Virus record (IMG/VR): IMGVR_UViG_3300018475_000095
Strand: one strand, 5' to 3'
Origin: a virus
Taxonomy: Duplodnaviria; Heunggongvirae; Uroviricota; Caudoviricetes
Length of the DNA stretch: 64,000 bases
Shown here piece after piece: positions 21,241-31,129 of this stretch. The notes beneath the pieces were generated by a model. That model was not told where the DNA came from. It saw only the letters and a list, made by a program, of their open reading frames with translations, and did no database searches. How positions within the stretch are numbered: position 1 is the first letter of the stretch; each line of letters begins with the position of its first letter. The translations under genes were made by a program, and so were the position numbers.

Positions 21241-23172
21241 TTATAAAAGTAAATTAATTTCATGAGCTTTTATCTGAATTTTTCTTTTTAACTCTTTTAA
21301 TTTTGATTTAGATAATACTATACTTATATGACACCCAAAATCTTCAAATGGATCTTTTATCTCATTCATTGGATCAGTAAATTCTAAAATACTATTTCCA
21401 GTATAAGGTTTCCATGAATATAATGTACATGCACTAGATCTAGAATAAAAATGTTTTCTCAGTACCTGAGGTATTTCTTCATTTGTTATATTAAAAAATT
21501 TTTCTAAATCGCTATGGCTTCTTAATATTAATTCTATTTCACAGTACTTTCTATCATTGTCATTAGCAAACCAAATATAATTTCTCGTACCATATAAACT
21601 ATAGTAAATATTACCATAGTCAGTTTCAGTATAACCATCATATCTAGCAAAAGATTGTTTATGCTCATTTTCAAAAGTTTTTAAACTATAAGTATTTAAA
21701 TCGTCATTATCTCTAAATGCTTCCCAAAACATTTTTCTATTATCTTGATTATTGTTAGAATAACTATTCTTATAGTTATCTTTAAACCCATCTCTATCAG
21801 GTGTTTCTATCATTATTTTAACTATGGATTTAATATTTTTAGAAATATTATTTTGGTGCCAGTCTTCTAATTTTTTACGCCCTTCATAGTTATCTTGCTC
21901 TTTTAAACAAGCTTCTATATGATCCTTTTGTTGTTTTCTGATATTCCACCAGATATATTTTTCAGCTGTTTCCTTATCTCCAATAAAACTTTTTAATATA
22001 GGTAATTCTGTTTTTAATGGGTATTGATCAATTAAATAATCAAATAATGAATTTGAATATGATTTACCTTCATAGATATAAGTATCTGCTTTGATATTAT
22101 TCGGAAGAATAGGCAACTGTAGCTCATTAGAAGATACTAAAGCTTTAGAATCATTGAGTGGTAATAATTTTACTTCAGACGAGAAGTATTTCCTATTAAA
22201 GTTTTCTTCTATTGAATTGCAGAAATATTTGTTGTAAATTAAAGTCATTATTAAAGTAGAATATATAACACCTTCATCATCAAATAGATCAACTATATTA
22301 TAGCCACTTTCTTTTGCGTTATCATTAAAAGGTAATAATACTTGATTCACATGCTCATTTGATTGCTTTATCTTATCTAATTTATAATAAGGTAACCAAT
22401 CATAGTCTATCTTATCTCTCATAGCTCTGCCAGGGTTTCTAGACTTAAAAGCACCTTCAGGACTATCATAAGTTACCCTATCTGATACTACCCATACGAC
22501 ACCATTATTCTTAAAACCAAAAGCAAAGAAAGAATCTAAGTTATTATCATAGTATTCATCTTCAATCTTTTCGTTTGTTCTATCTATCAAAGCCATACAT
22601 ATAAAATTATCTTCACTTGCATTTTTCATTTTATCTACAAATAATTTTAAATGTTGAAATCTATATAATCTAGGGAGTATTGTTACATTTTTATTTATTT
22701 TAATTTCACCTTCACTAAATTTCTCATGCTTAAAAGAATATTTATTATTAAACTTTTCAATAGCTTTAGTTATGATATTTTCTATCTTTTTAATAGATTC
22801 AATATCTTCTTCTGTATAATTTTTACCTAACACTGAAGCATGTTTAATGATTAAATCTATGAATTTATGGTACACTTCTCCGGCTTTACCTGAATTCAAT
22901 AAATATTCAACATGAACAAATTTTTTCTTTTCTTCATACCAATTACCATCAAGTAATTCTTCAATAGTATAGTAATGTTCTTTAATAAAAGATTTGTAAG
23001 CTTCTCTCATAGTTAATACACTTAATAGTCCAGTATTATCTATATCTAAATAATTTTTTGCTTTATGGCAAAGAGCATCACTTTCAACACCAAACCTAAT
23101 AGAATTATCTGTAGGATCTTTTCCAGTAGCCTTTAAATATGCTTCAAATATTTCATTTAATTCATTTATCAT
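21241..23172 (-). CDS. large hypothetical protein
   Basis: 643-aa ORF with no recognised motif. Confidence 0.6.
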   Translation of the reverse strand: MINELNEIFEAYLKATGKDPTDNSIRFGVESDALCHKAKNYLDIDNTGLLSVLTMREAYKSFIKEHYYTIEELLDGNWYEEKKKFVHVEYLLNSGKAGEVYHKFIDLIIKHASVLGKNYTEEDIESIKKIENIITKAIEKFNNKYSFKHEKFSEGEIKINKNVTILPRLYRFQHLKLFVDKMKNASEDNFICMALIDRTNEKIEDEYYDNNLDSFFAFGFKNNGVVWVVSDRVTYDSPEGAFKSRNPGRAMRDKIDYDWLPYYKLDKIKQSNEHVNQVLLPFNDNAKESGYNIVDLFDDEGVIYSTLIMTLIYNKYFCNSIEENFNRKYFSSEVKLLPLNDSKALVSSNELQLPILPNNIKADTYIYEGKSYSNSLFDYLIDQYPLKTELPILKSFIGDKETAEKYIWWNIRKQQKDHIEACLKEQDNYEGRKKLEDWHQNNISKNIKSIVKIMIETPDRDGFKDNYKNSYSNNNQDNRKMFWEAFRDNDDLNTYSLKTFENEHKQSFARYDGYTETDYGNIYYSLYGTRNYIWFANDNDRKYCEIELILRSHSDLEKFFNITNEEIPQVLRKHFYSRSSACTLYSWKPYTGNSILEFTDPMNEIKDPFEDFGCHISIVLSKSKLKELKRKIQIKAHEINLLL

Positions 23173-23177
23173 ATTTA

Positions 23178-23555
23178 CTACTCCTTTAATTTAATGTCCA
23201 ATTTTTCTTTTAACTTTTTAAGTAGATTATCCATATTTGTTTCAGTAATCGAATACTCTTCTAATTCATCTTTATTCTCAATTACGATATCATTTATGAT
23301 ATTATCTATCTCTTCTGTGAATATTGCAGGTCGTTTTATTTCCTTTAAAGCAAATATTTTATAATTCAATTTTAAATCATTTAATTTATTAAATATCTCT
23401 TCATCTGAATAAGAGAATTTATAACCGGTAATTAATTCTTTATCATAAACACTAGATCCAAATTTATTCTCTAGAATGATACCATATATAGCATCTTTAA
23501 CTTCTGCTACTGTGTTGATCTCATTTCCTTTTACTTTCCAAATTTTATTTAACAT
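23178..23555 (-). CDS. hypothetical protein
   Basis: 125-aa ORF. Confidence 0.5.
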   Translation of the reverse strand: MLNKIWKVKGNEINTVAEVKDAIYGIILENKFGSSVYDKELITGYKFSYSDEEIFNKLNDLKLNYKIFALKEIKRPAIFTEEIDNIINDIVIENKDELEEYSITETNMDNLLKKLKEKLDIKLKE

Positions 23556-23556
23556 A

Positions 23557-23985
23557 TTAACTCCTTTTATCTATAAAATATAATTTATCATATTGTGAAT
23601 ATTTGCTATAATCTTCTTTAATAGCTATAAAATATTTACCAGTAGGTCTTTTTGCGGTTTTCTTATATGTACCCCATATACTTTCTTCTATTTCACCTGT
23701 CTCATACTCTTCATATTCAATATTTATTTGAGCCCTTTCAGAAGTAGGTTCAGCATCTTCATAATGAAACACACCGCCAACATCCTTAGAATGCCAAGTA
23801 CTATTATAAAATCTCCTTTGTCTTATTGGTTCAACATCACATACTTTAATTTGGTATTGTTGAGTTTTCTTAACATCAACAAAATACTCTGTTCTGTTAA
23901 TAACTTCAGCTTTCCAAACTTTACCATTTTTATCAATTCTAGTAAATACATCTCCGACTTTAATATCTGGTGCATATTCAAACAT
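23557..23985 (-). CDS. hypothetical protein
   Basis: 142-aa ORF. Confidence 0.5.
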   Translation of the reverse strand: MFEYAPDIKVGDVFTRIDKNGKVWKAEVINRTEYFVDVKKTQQYQIKVCDVEPIRQRRFYNSTWHSKDVGGVFHYEDAEPTSERAQINIEYEEYETGEIEESIWGTYKKTAKRPTGKYFIAIKEDYSKYSQYDKLYFIDKRS

Positions 23986-23999
23986 ATTATATCTCCTAC

Positions 24000-24034
24000 T
24001 TAATTATATTTATATTATATAATATTATAATAAA
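24000..24034 (-). promoter_or_regulatory. sigma70-like promoter of cassette class A (TTTACT-N17-TATAAT) for gene 23557..23985
   Basis: Minus strand reads AGTTTACT then 17 nt then TATAAT, then AGGAGAT and ATG. Confidence 0.5.
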
Positions 24035-24063
24035 AAAGTAAACTAATTTTCATAGTTTACTTT
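24035..24063 (-). terminator. intrinsic terminator hairpin (AAAGTAAACTA / TAGTTTACTTT) plus U-tract, overlapping the -35 of the next promoter
   Basis: 11-bp stem with a 7-nt loop, followed on the minus strand by TTTTTTATTAT. Confidence 0.55.
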
Positions 24064-24070
24064 AAAATTT

Positions 24071-25240
24071 TTAATCTTCTTTTTCTAATTTATAACCTAA
24101 TAAATTCATTTTCTTATCTTTAGATAATTCTTTCCATTCTTGCTTTATAAAATATTCTATTGGGTCTATATCTAAATATTTAAATAGAAACCCTGATAAG
24201 TCTTTATGTTCAGTTAAAATATAATTAGCTAGTTCTTTTCGTTTTTCTTTTTCATTTTCATAGAGGAAAGTATTACTTTTAAATAACATATCATCAATAG
24301 CATCATATATTTTATTTTGCATTTCTTTATATTTAGTTTCTATTTCATTAAATAAATCAGTATATTCTGGGAATAGTCCTAAAAATTCTGATTGCTCATT
24401 CTTTTCTATAATTGAAAGAATTTTTGCTCTTGAATTAACTCCATTATTTTTTAAATAATGTGCAGCTACGTATGCAGGTGATTTAATCTTAATTCTTTTC
24501 CAATATTTATCTACTACAACAAATCCTTCTTCATCATAGCCCATATATTCTACTCTATTCAAGCATTCTTTTAAATTTTGAAAAGGAAATTGTTTTGGAG
24601 TTTTAATAAATTTACTCAACTCAAGAGAATTTGGATCTAACTCTTCAAATGCGAATTTGCATCTTACGCCAATCAAGTATAAAGCATCTTTTCTATATGG
24701 AACAACTACTCTAGATTCTGGAGTTACTAATTCAAATGTATAGCAGTATAATCTATTCAAGCATTCAAACATAGAAGAATTGTTTGGAAAAGTATAATTT
24801 GAGAGAGCTCTGTCAAATAAATCTCTAAAAGATATTCCAAAGTCTCCAACAGGAGCATTACTTGCATCTAATTCACTTGAAGTAGACACCCTCCATTTAT
24901 GTAAGTAATCATCATACCACACAAGCATCTTAGATCCATCTACTTTTTCTAATACTTTTGCACTATCCCAGTCTATCTTATCAGCAAAACTTTCTTGGAC
25001 ATTAAAAAATTTATAGAAAGATAAAGCTGCTGGCTCTAAAATATTTTTGTCTATAATAAGACCTCTACATTCTCTGCATATATCTTCATTAAAATCTGAG
25101 TTTATTTGATTATATTTTAATAATACATAATTTTCATCTTCGTTTATGAATAAATTATAAGGAGCAGCTTGTAGCAACTCTCTCCAATTTTCATGACTCT
25201 TCATAAATTGAATAGTTTTAAGCATTTTCTTCCTCCTCAT
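24071..25240 (-). CDS. RNA ligase, Rnl1-like nucleotidyltransferase family
   Basis: EKVDGS is the KxDG adenylation motif in an Rnl1-like context; 389 aa. Confidence 0.65.
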   Translation of the reverse strand: MRRKKMLKTIQFMKSHENWRELLQAAPYNLFINEDENYVLLKYNQINSDFNEDICRECRGLIIDKNILEPAALSFYKFFNVQESFADKIDWDSAKVLEKVDGSKMLVWYDDYLHKWRVSTSSELDASNAPVGDFGISFRDLFDRALSNYTFPNNSSMFECLNRLYCYTFELVTPESRVVVPYRKDALYLIGVRCKFAFEELDPNSLELSKFIKTPKQFPFQNLKECLNRVEYMGYDEEGFVVVDKYWKRIKIKSPAYVAAHYLKNNGVNSRAKILSIIEKNEQSEFLGLFPEYTDLFNEIETKYKEMQNKIYDAIDDMLFKSNTFLYENEKEKRKELANYILTEHKDLSGFLFKYLDIDPIEYFIKQEWKELSKDKKMNLLGYKLEKED

Positions 25241-25308
25241 ATAATTCTACTTTTTCAAGAAAATAATTTTTCTTGAAAGAACCATTCTTCTCTACTTTAT
25301 CTAAATAT

Positions 25309-25668
25309 TTATCCATTATAAACTCCTTTATCTATAACTTCTTGCTTGTGTTTAAGATTCATATATCTATCATACATAAATTTTACCCAATAATTAAATA
25401 TATTTTCATTATCTTTTTTGGTTATATAAGAACAAGGTTTAAGCAAACCTAGTTCGACATCAGGACCGTATCCAGTTCTAGATCTATAAAATTTATCCTT
25501 TTCACCTTCACTTATATAAACATCTTTTGTAGTTAATCTAACTTTTTTACTCTTGGAACTATTCTTAGATAACCAGATAACTCCTTTTTCCCAGTTATAA
25601 TGAAGCATAAAAGCAAAACCTGGTTGGGTATCTATTAATATTGATTCTTTAGTTAATTGCATCTTCAT
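25309..25668 (-). CDS. hypothetical protein
   Basis: 119-aa ORF. Confidence 0.5.
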   Translation of the reverse strand: MKMQLTKESILIDTQPGFAFMLHYNWEKGVIWLSKNSSKSKKVRLTTKDVYISEGEKDKFYRSRTGYGPDVELGLLKPCSYITKKDNENIFNYWVKFMYDRYMNLKHKQEVIDKGVYNG

Positions 25669-25966
25669 CTCCTTTTTTAATTAATCCTTTTTCATAACTC
25701 CAATCATATCTTGAAATTATATCTTTTGCTTCTATTAAATCTTTTTCATCTAGTTGAAAATCAATAGCCTGTGGATTAAAATGAGACTTAATTATAGCTT
25801 CTTCTAATGTTGGATATATGTCAATACTACATCCTTCAAAACCTTTATGTCCTATCATATTGTAACCATCATAATCTTCAATATCAGCAGATGTATATGT
25901 TATCACACATTTTTCATGTTTATCGTAATAATCCCATTCTTGACATACTACATATGTTCTATCCAT
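25649..25966 (-). CDS. hypothetical protein
   Basis: 105-aa ORF. Confidence 0.45.
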   Translation of the reverse strand: MDRTYVVCQEWDYYDKHEKCVITYTSADIEDYDGYNMIGHKGFEGCSIDIYPTLEEAIIKSHFNPQAIDFQLDEKDLIEAKDIISRYDWSYEKGLIKKGDEDAIN

Positions 25967-25970
25967 ATTA

Positions 25971-26278
25971 TTAAACCTCCTCGAGTTTACTTAAATCAAA
26001 TCTATATAAAGGGTAAGCACAGAACCCACTAAATCCATACTCACCTGTCGGATAAGCTATTTTATTCTCTTGTAAAAAATCCTCAACCCATGGGATATTG
26101 TTAGTATCTATATAAGCACATGCTTCATCACCTATACAATCACTAGCATCTATATTTACTGTTAATACTGCTATCATTTCCTTGTTATCTGATAAAAATA
26201 CCGCTAATGAACCATTATTAGCATAAGAATCTTTATGCAATGTATAATGTTTATTTTTATGTATGCTGCATCTAACAT
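25971..26278 (-). CDS. hypothetical protein; true start probably ATG 26278..26276 joined by a -1 shift in an A5 run
   Basis: AAAGGAG then 8 nt then ATG opens a frame that is -1 relative to track ORF 25971..26240, which starts on TTG with no RBS. The two frames overlap across ACATAAAAATAAAC. Confidence 0.45.
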
Positions 26279-26424
26279 AGTTTTTTCTCCTTTATTTATA
26301 TATACATTAATATTATATATCAATAAAAAGAAAAAGTAAACTAATTTTAACTAGTTTACTTTAAATTTTATTATTCATTACTTTCACAATCTTCTTGCAG
26401 TATATAATCTGGGTCAAATATTAT

Positions 26425-27018
26425 TTAATAAAATTTCTTTGTGAGTAATTCTACATTTTTAAGTTCGTAGCTTGGAATCATTAATAAATCATCTAATCCT
26501 TTACCTTCATCATACAGATGCTCTAAATCTCTTTTTTCTGGAATAATTACTTGTTTATCTTCACCGATATATTTCTTTATTGCATTCACAAATGCTTTGA
26601 TTAAAGGTACTTCATAAAATCTTTCATCCATAAGTTTTCTTCTAAGTTCATAATCACATCTTTTTGGATTTGTTTTTATGTGATGACAACCTTTACTATC
26701 ATAATAATCTTCTAAATATTTAGGCTCGTCATAGTTAGTATACTCTGATTCTTTTACTATTTCATCACATTGATCATCTACTTCTGATGCAATAAATCTT
26801 AACAAGGTTTGTGCTTTATCAAAAGTACTTCTTGCGGTAAATTGATATGAGCTTGTCCACCCCATTGTCCTTCTAGAAACTTTACTTGTTATCTCTAAAT
26901 CTTGTCCTGGAATTATTTCTCTTGCATTTTTAGTTTCTTTACTTTGTTTAATAATGGCTAAGCTATGATAACTTGAACTATTAGTCTCAAATGTTTCTAA
27001 TCTTATAGTTTGTTTCAT
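26425..27018 (-). CDS. FETNSSS-family paralog 2
   Basis: N-terminal MKQTIRLETFETNSSSYHSLAII. Confidence 0.6.
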   Translation of the reverse strand: MKQTIRLETFETNSSSYHSLAIIKQSKETKNAREIIPGQDLEITSKVSRRTMGWTSSYQFTARSTFDKAQTLLRFIASEVDDQCDEIVKESEYTNYDEPKYLEDYYDSKGCHHIKTNPKRCDYELRRKLMDERFYEVPLIKAFVNAIKKYIGEDKQVIIPEKRDLEHLYDEGKGLDDLLMIPSYELKNVELLTKKFY

Positions 27019-27567
27019 TTATTCATTCTCCATTTCTTTTATAATACTTGATATTATTTTAAGTTTTCTCTGTCTACTTAATTCAGAATCTAGTGTATCG
27101 TATACTGTTATTAATTTATCTGCTTTTAAATCATTCTTTGCTTTTTCTTTTAACTCATATTCTTCTTTTGCTTTCAAAAATTGAGCAAGTCCTGCATCAG
27201 TCATAGTATACAAATCTTCTAATTTCCGTATATTGGAATCCTCATCCAAATTACAGCCAGCATAAACTATCAATACAAAACTTAATAAAACAAATATTGT
27301 TTCTATAATTGCTGCTATAACATTAGCAAGTAAAGTGGTGTATGACTCTGCACTTAAACAAACGCCATTTAAAACTGATAAAGCTACAGAGATTATAAGA
27401 AATATAACACTCCATATTTGGGTGCACCTATGATTCTTTTCTTCCTCTATCAACATTCGAGTATATTCATAGTCAATATCCATATGCATAGAACTTTTAG
27501 AGGTATCTAAATGGTCTATTACATACTCTACTCTACCAAAAACATAATTTCTTGTAAATTTATGCAT
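27019..27567 (-). CDS. membrane protein
   Basis: Two TM helices. Confidence 0.5.
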   Translation of the reverse strand: MHKFTRNYVFGRVEYVIDHLDTSKSSMHMDIDYEYTRMLIEEEKNHRCTQIWSVIFLIISVALSVLNGVCLSAESYTTLLANVIAAIIETIFVLLSFVLIVYAGCNLDEDSNIRKLEDLYTMTDAGLAQFLKAKEEYELKEKAKNDLKADKLITVYDTLDSELSRQRKLKIISSIIKEMENE

Positions 27568-27596
27568 ATATAAATTCTCCTATATAATTATACAGT

Positions 27597-27935
27597 TTAA
27601 TCCAATAAACCCAATTGATTTAATTCATATAAACAAAAGAAACTATACTTTGAAACTAAATTTTTCTTTATAAGTTTTAAATATGTTTTCTTTGAATTAG
27701 ACTTATGGAGTTCATTACAAATATATTCAATATTCTCTTTAGAACTTGCATCTATGTATAAATCATGTAAATGCAAGTAATGAATATCTAATGTTACATA
27801 TTTCCCATCTCTTGGGTAAGTTTTCGTAAACTTATCACATTTAATAGATATAACACCATTACTAAAAATAAAGTCCCAACCTGTTAAAAAACGGTCACTT
27901 ATCCACTCCCAGTCTTTCTTTGAAATATATTCCAT
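27597..27935 (-). CDS. hypothetical protein
   Basis: 112-aa ORF. Confidence 0.5.
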   Translation of the reverse strand: MEYISKKDWEWISDRFLTGWDFIFSNGVISIKCDKFTKTYPRDGKYVTLDIHYLHLHDLYIDASSKENIEYICNELHKSNSKKTYLKLIKKNLVSKYSFFCLYELNQLGLLD

Positions 27936-27946
27936 AATAACCCCCT

Positions 27947-29272
27947 TTAATACATTGATATATCAGTCTTATCTTCTCTTATCCACTTGAATACAGGAAA
28001 CCTTAATCCAAAAGTACCTTGTTGATTGGCTGATATTTCAAAATATTGTATTTCAATTATTTTATTTAAAATTTTATCTGGGTTATCCCAATAATACTCT
28101 CTATCCTCATCAGTCAAACCCGAACCTACATCATTTTGATAAGTAAACCCATCAGGACCAATAAATTCAATCTTTAATGCTCCAAGTTTACCTTTATTTT
28201 TTCCTGTACCTTCTTCCATACCAACAACTTTAACATCGCAGGTTTGCATTTTCTTAACTTTAAGTAAGCCTTTGCTTCTTTTACATTCATAAGGGGCATC
28301 TGCAATATTAATCATGACACCCTCACCTCCAGCAGCTGTTATAATATCTAATTGTTCAGTAATAACCTGTTTATCATCACCATAATATAAGATAGGAACG
28401 TCAACTATATGAGGTAATTTCATAAAAGTAAATTGTTTTAATAATTGCTCTTTTCTTAAAGATGCAGGCGCATTACAATAACCATTTTGAAAATCTGTAA
28501 TTGGAATCATGTCAAAAACATTGAATATAAGATTAGTTTTTTCTTTATCTGCACTAGTAACTTTTACAGTTGCCCTATATAAATCTTTACTCTCTAAATT
28601 ATCTTTGTTATCTAACAGTAGTTCACCATCATATACATAACCCATAGGTAACTGTTTTGCTTCTTCTTCAAGTTCTATCAATTGCTCTATTAACTGACCT
28701 TGTCTGGAAAAGAATTTTGCACCTGAAAAACCATCGTTAATTAAAACACATCTGACACCATCTAACTTTGGAGTCAAAATAAATTGAATCCCTTCTGGAA
28801 CAAGTTTATCTGGATTGTCAAAATATTTTTGTGCTAACATCACGTCGAAGCAAGGTATAAAATTATCACCCCAAATTTTATTTATAGTTGTTGATTGAAT
28901 ACCCAATTTAATATCTTTAGAAACTATTTTTAATATAAGTTCAGAATAATCTTTATTAGACATAGCACATTTTAAGACTTCAATTAAAGTTGAATCTGAA
29001 CCAGTGTTATTCAACTTAACATAATTAAGTAAGTCAAATATATCATAAGTTTCTGGTATATCTTCTTTACTTATAAATGAAGATTTAATTCTATCTATTT
29101 TCTTTTTTGAGATACCTGTGACAATATAGGGGTTGAATATAAAATGAACTATTTGTTTTACATATTCATTTTCTTTATATTTATCTAACACAGCTTCTTT
29201 ATATAATCTAGAATTACTAGAGTTAATTTCATTTACAAATTCTTCAAATACTTTTAAAACCATTTTATTCAA
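27947..29272 (-). CDS. ATP-dependent DNA ligase
   Basis: TPKLDGVRC (motif I, KxDGxR), EGVMIN (motif IV) and LLKVKK (motif V). Confidence 0.85.
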   Translation of the reverse strand: MNKMVLKVFEEFVNEINSSNSRLYKEAVLDKYKENEYVKQIVHFIFNPYIVTGISKKKIDRIKSSFISKEDIPETYDIFDLLNYVKLNNTGSDSTLIEVLKCAMSNKDYSELILKIVSKDIKLGIQSTTINKIWGDNFIPCFDVMLAQKYFDNPDKLVPEGIQFILTPKLDGVRCVLINDGFSGAKFFSRQGQLIEQLIELEEEAKQLPMGYVYDGELLLDNKDNLESKDLYRATVKVTSADKEKTNLIFNVFDMIPITDFQNGYCNAPASLRKEQLLKQFTFMKLPHIVDVPILYYGDDKQVITEQLDIITAAGGEGVMINIADAPYECKRSKGLLKVKKMQTCDVKVVGMEEGTGKNKGKLGALKIEFIGPDGFTYQNDVGSGLTDEDREYYWDNPDKILNKIIEIQYFEISANQQGTFGLRFPVFKWIREDKTDISMY

Positions 29273-29999
29273 TCTCCTTTAACATATCTTGAACTTTATC
29301 TTTACCATATTTTTCTTCTAATTTACTTATTGCTTCTTCTTTAATATGAGTAATAAGTAGTTTTGCCTGTTCTTCTGTTTTTGCAGTTCTATCAGATGTT
29401 AAAGTGTCCCAATTCTCATCTCTAATGCACCAATTACATTGGAATTTATTAAAAGGATAATTAGATGTATCTACCCAATTATCAACATAAGGAGTAGCTT
29501 TTTCATTCTTATCTGAACAAGTGAGAGTCATACTTAATTGTCTTACTCTAACTTTTTTATACTCATATTTAGGTAGAGATGGTCTATAATTTTTACAAAT
29601 AGGACAATCAACAGATTCTATTCTATTACCTAAAGTGACTGCAACTTTTCCATTTTCACAATAAGGACAAGTTAGATAAGTATACCCATTTGAATATATC
29701 TTATAAACAGTATCACCAACTTTAATATCAGTGTGGAGTAATTTCTCTAACCATTTATTATGTTGTTCTTGGGCTGCTTTACTTATTTCATTATCAAAAT
29801 CTTCAAGTTTCTTTTCATACTCTTCTTTAAGTCCATTCGCAACCATCATCATAGTTTTAACTTCATCTTTATTTACATCATATTTCTTAGCATTATTTAC
29901 AATCTCATTCTTTAACATTGTTTGTAATTTTGCTGAATACTCATTAAATAAATCTTCTATCTCTGATGGTTCTCTATAATAATCTTCATAATCATACAT
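29265..29999 (-). CDS. zinc-ribbon containing hypothetical protein
   Basis: CPYCENGK...CPICKN and CNWC. Confidence 0.5.
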   Translation of the reverse strand: MYDYEDYYREPSEIEDLFNEYSAKLQTMLKNEIVNNAKKYDVNKDEVKTMMMVANGLKEEYEKKLEDFDNEISKAAQEQHNKWLEKLLHTDIKVGDTVYKIYSNGYTYLTCPYCENGKVAVTLGNRIESVDCPICKNYRPSLPKYEYKKVRVRQLSMTLTCSDKNEKATPYVDNWVDTSNYPFNKFQCNWCIRDENWDTLTSDRTAKTEEQAKLLITHIKEEAISKLEEKYGKDKVQDMLKEIE

Positions 30000-30000
30000 G

Positions 30001-30678
30001 TTACTTAATCTCCTCTACATAACACCAGCTTTGTGGGGCTTTATTTATTTGTTTATAAATACAATTTGCACCATCAAAGTCGATCCCACAAGCCCAACAA
30101 CCTTCACTTGTGTCATAATAGTTATATTTACAATCACTATTTTTATTGCAAGGATAATCATCACAATCTAAGTCTTTTTTAAATTCATTTAACGCTTTTG
30201 GTTGTTTATAAATTTTCAAATCATCTATACACCATGCGTATAAAGTTTTACCTTTACCATAATTATCTAGTTGCTCTTCAGTTAAACAAGATGCCTCTAA
30301 TTGACTTGGCATTATATCATACATTCTTTTTGGTAGCCAATCATTATAATCTCTATCAATAGTTTCAATATCATGCAATGTAAATTCTGCAACTACTTTA
30401 CCATTTAATTTTGTACCGCAACTCAAATTACCATTTACTTGCTTTCCAGTACCTTTATATAACATGAATCTTTCATCTTTAATATGATAAAAAGCATACT
30501 TAGTAGATTGAGTACAATAAATATAAACTTTACAAGGCAGATTGCATTTTGGGATTGATTTTCTGATTTCAAGAATTTTCTTACCGGTAAATATTTTCTC
30601 AACCCATTCAGGTTTAATACTAATTAAAATAGATCTCATTTTCTCTCCTCCTATCCAAAATAAACCCAAAATTTCCAA
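30001..30678 (-). CDS. ASCH/PUA-like domain protein with Cys-rich C-terminus
   Basis: SIKPEWVEKIFTGKKILEIRK resembles the ASCH N-terminal strand. Confidence 0.5.
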   Translation of the reverse strand: MEILGLFWIGGEKMRSILISIKPEWVEKIFTGKKILEIRKSIPKCNLPCKVYIYCTQSTKYAFYHIKDERFMLYKGTGKQVNGNLSCGTKLNGKVVAEFTLHDIETIDRDYNDWLPKRMYDIMPSQLEASCLTEEQLDNYGKGKTLYAWCIDDLKIYKQPKALNEFKKDLDCDDYPCNKNSDCKYNYYDTSEGCWACGIDFDGANCIYKQINKAPQSWCYVEEIK

Positions 30679-31115
30679 ACTTGAATATTTAGTTTTTGTT
30701 CTTTTAATTCTTTTATTTTGTTATTGTTATCTATAAACACTTCTATTTGTGCTTTAACAAGCTCATTGCTATTAATTTCTGGGTATACTACCAATAGCGT
30801 TTGTATGTCTTCACCTTGTAAACTATCAAATATGTTTAATTCGTGCTCAAGATATTTCTCTACTGTAGCTGTGATAGTTGTTTCGATATTTGTATTCTCC
30901 TCAGTGTACATTTGTATTTTATCATCAATAATACTACTTTCTGATATAGTTATCCCACCTACTATAAGTGTTACAAAAGCACCAAGCGATAAAAGAATGC
31001 CTAAAATAATACCTATATAACTATATGGATTTTCATCTCCATAATCTGTTAGTTTATATACTAACAAACCTGATATAAGTATACCTACAGAAATTAAAAA
31101 TAAAACTATTAACAT
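30651..31115 (-). CDS. membrane protein
   Basis: Two TM helices. Confidence 0.5.
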   Translation of the reverse strand: MLIVLFLISVGILISGLLVYKLTDYGDENPYSYIGIILGILLSLGAFVTLIVGGITISESSIIDDKIQMYTEENTNIETTITATVEKYLEHELNIFDSLQGEDIQTLLVVYPEINSNELVKAQIEVFIDNNNKIKELKEQKLNIQVWKFWVYFG

Positions 31116-31129
31116 AATATCATATCTCC

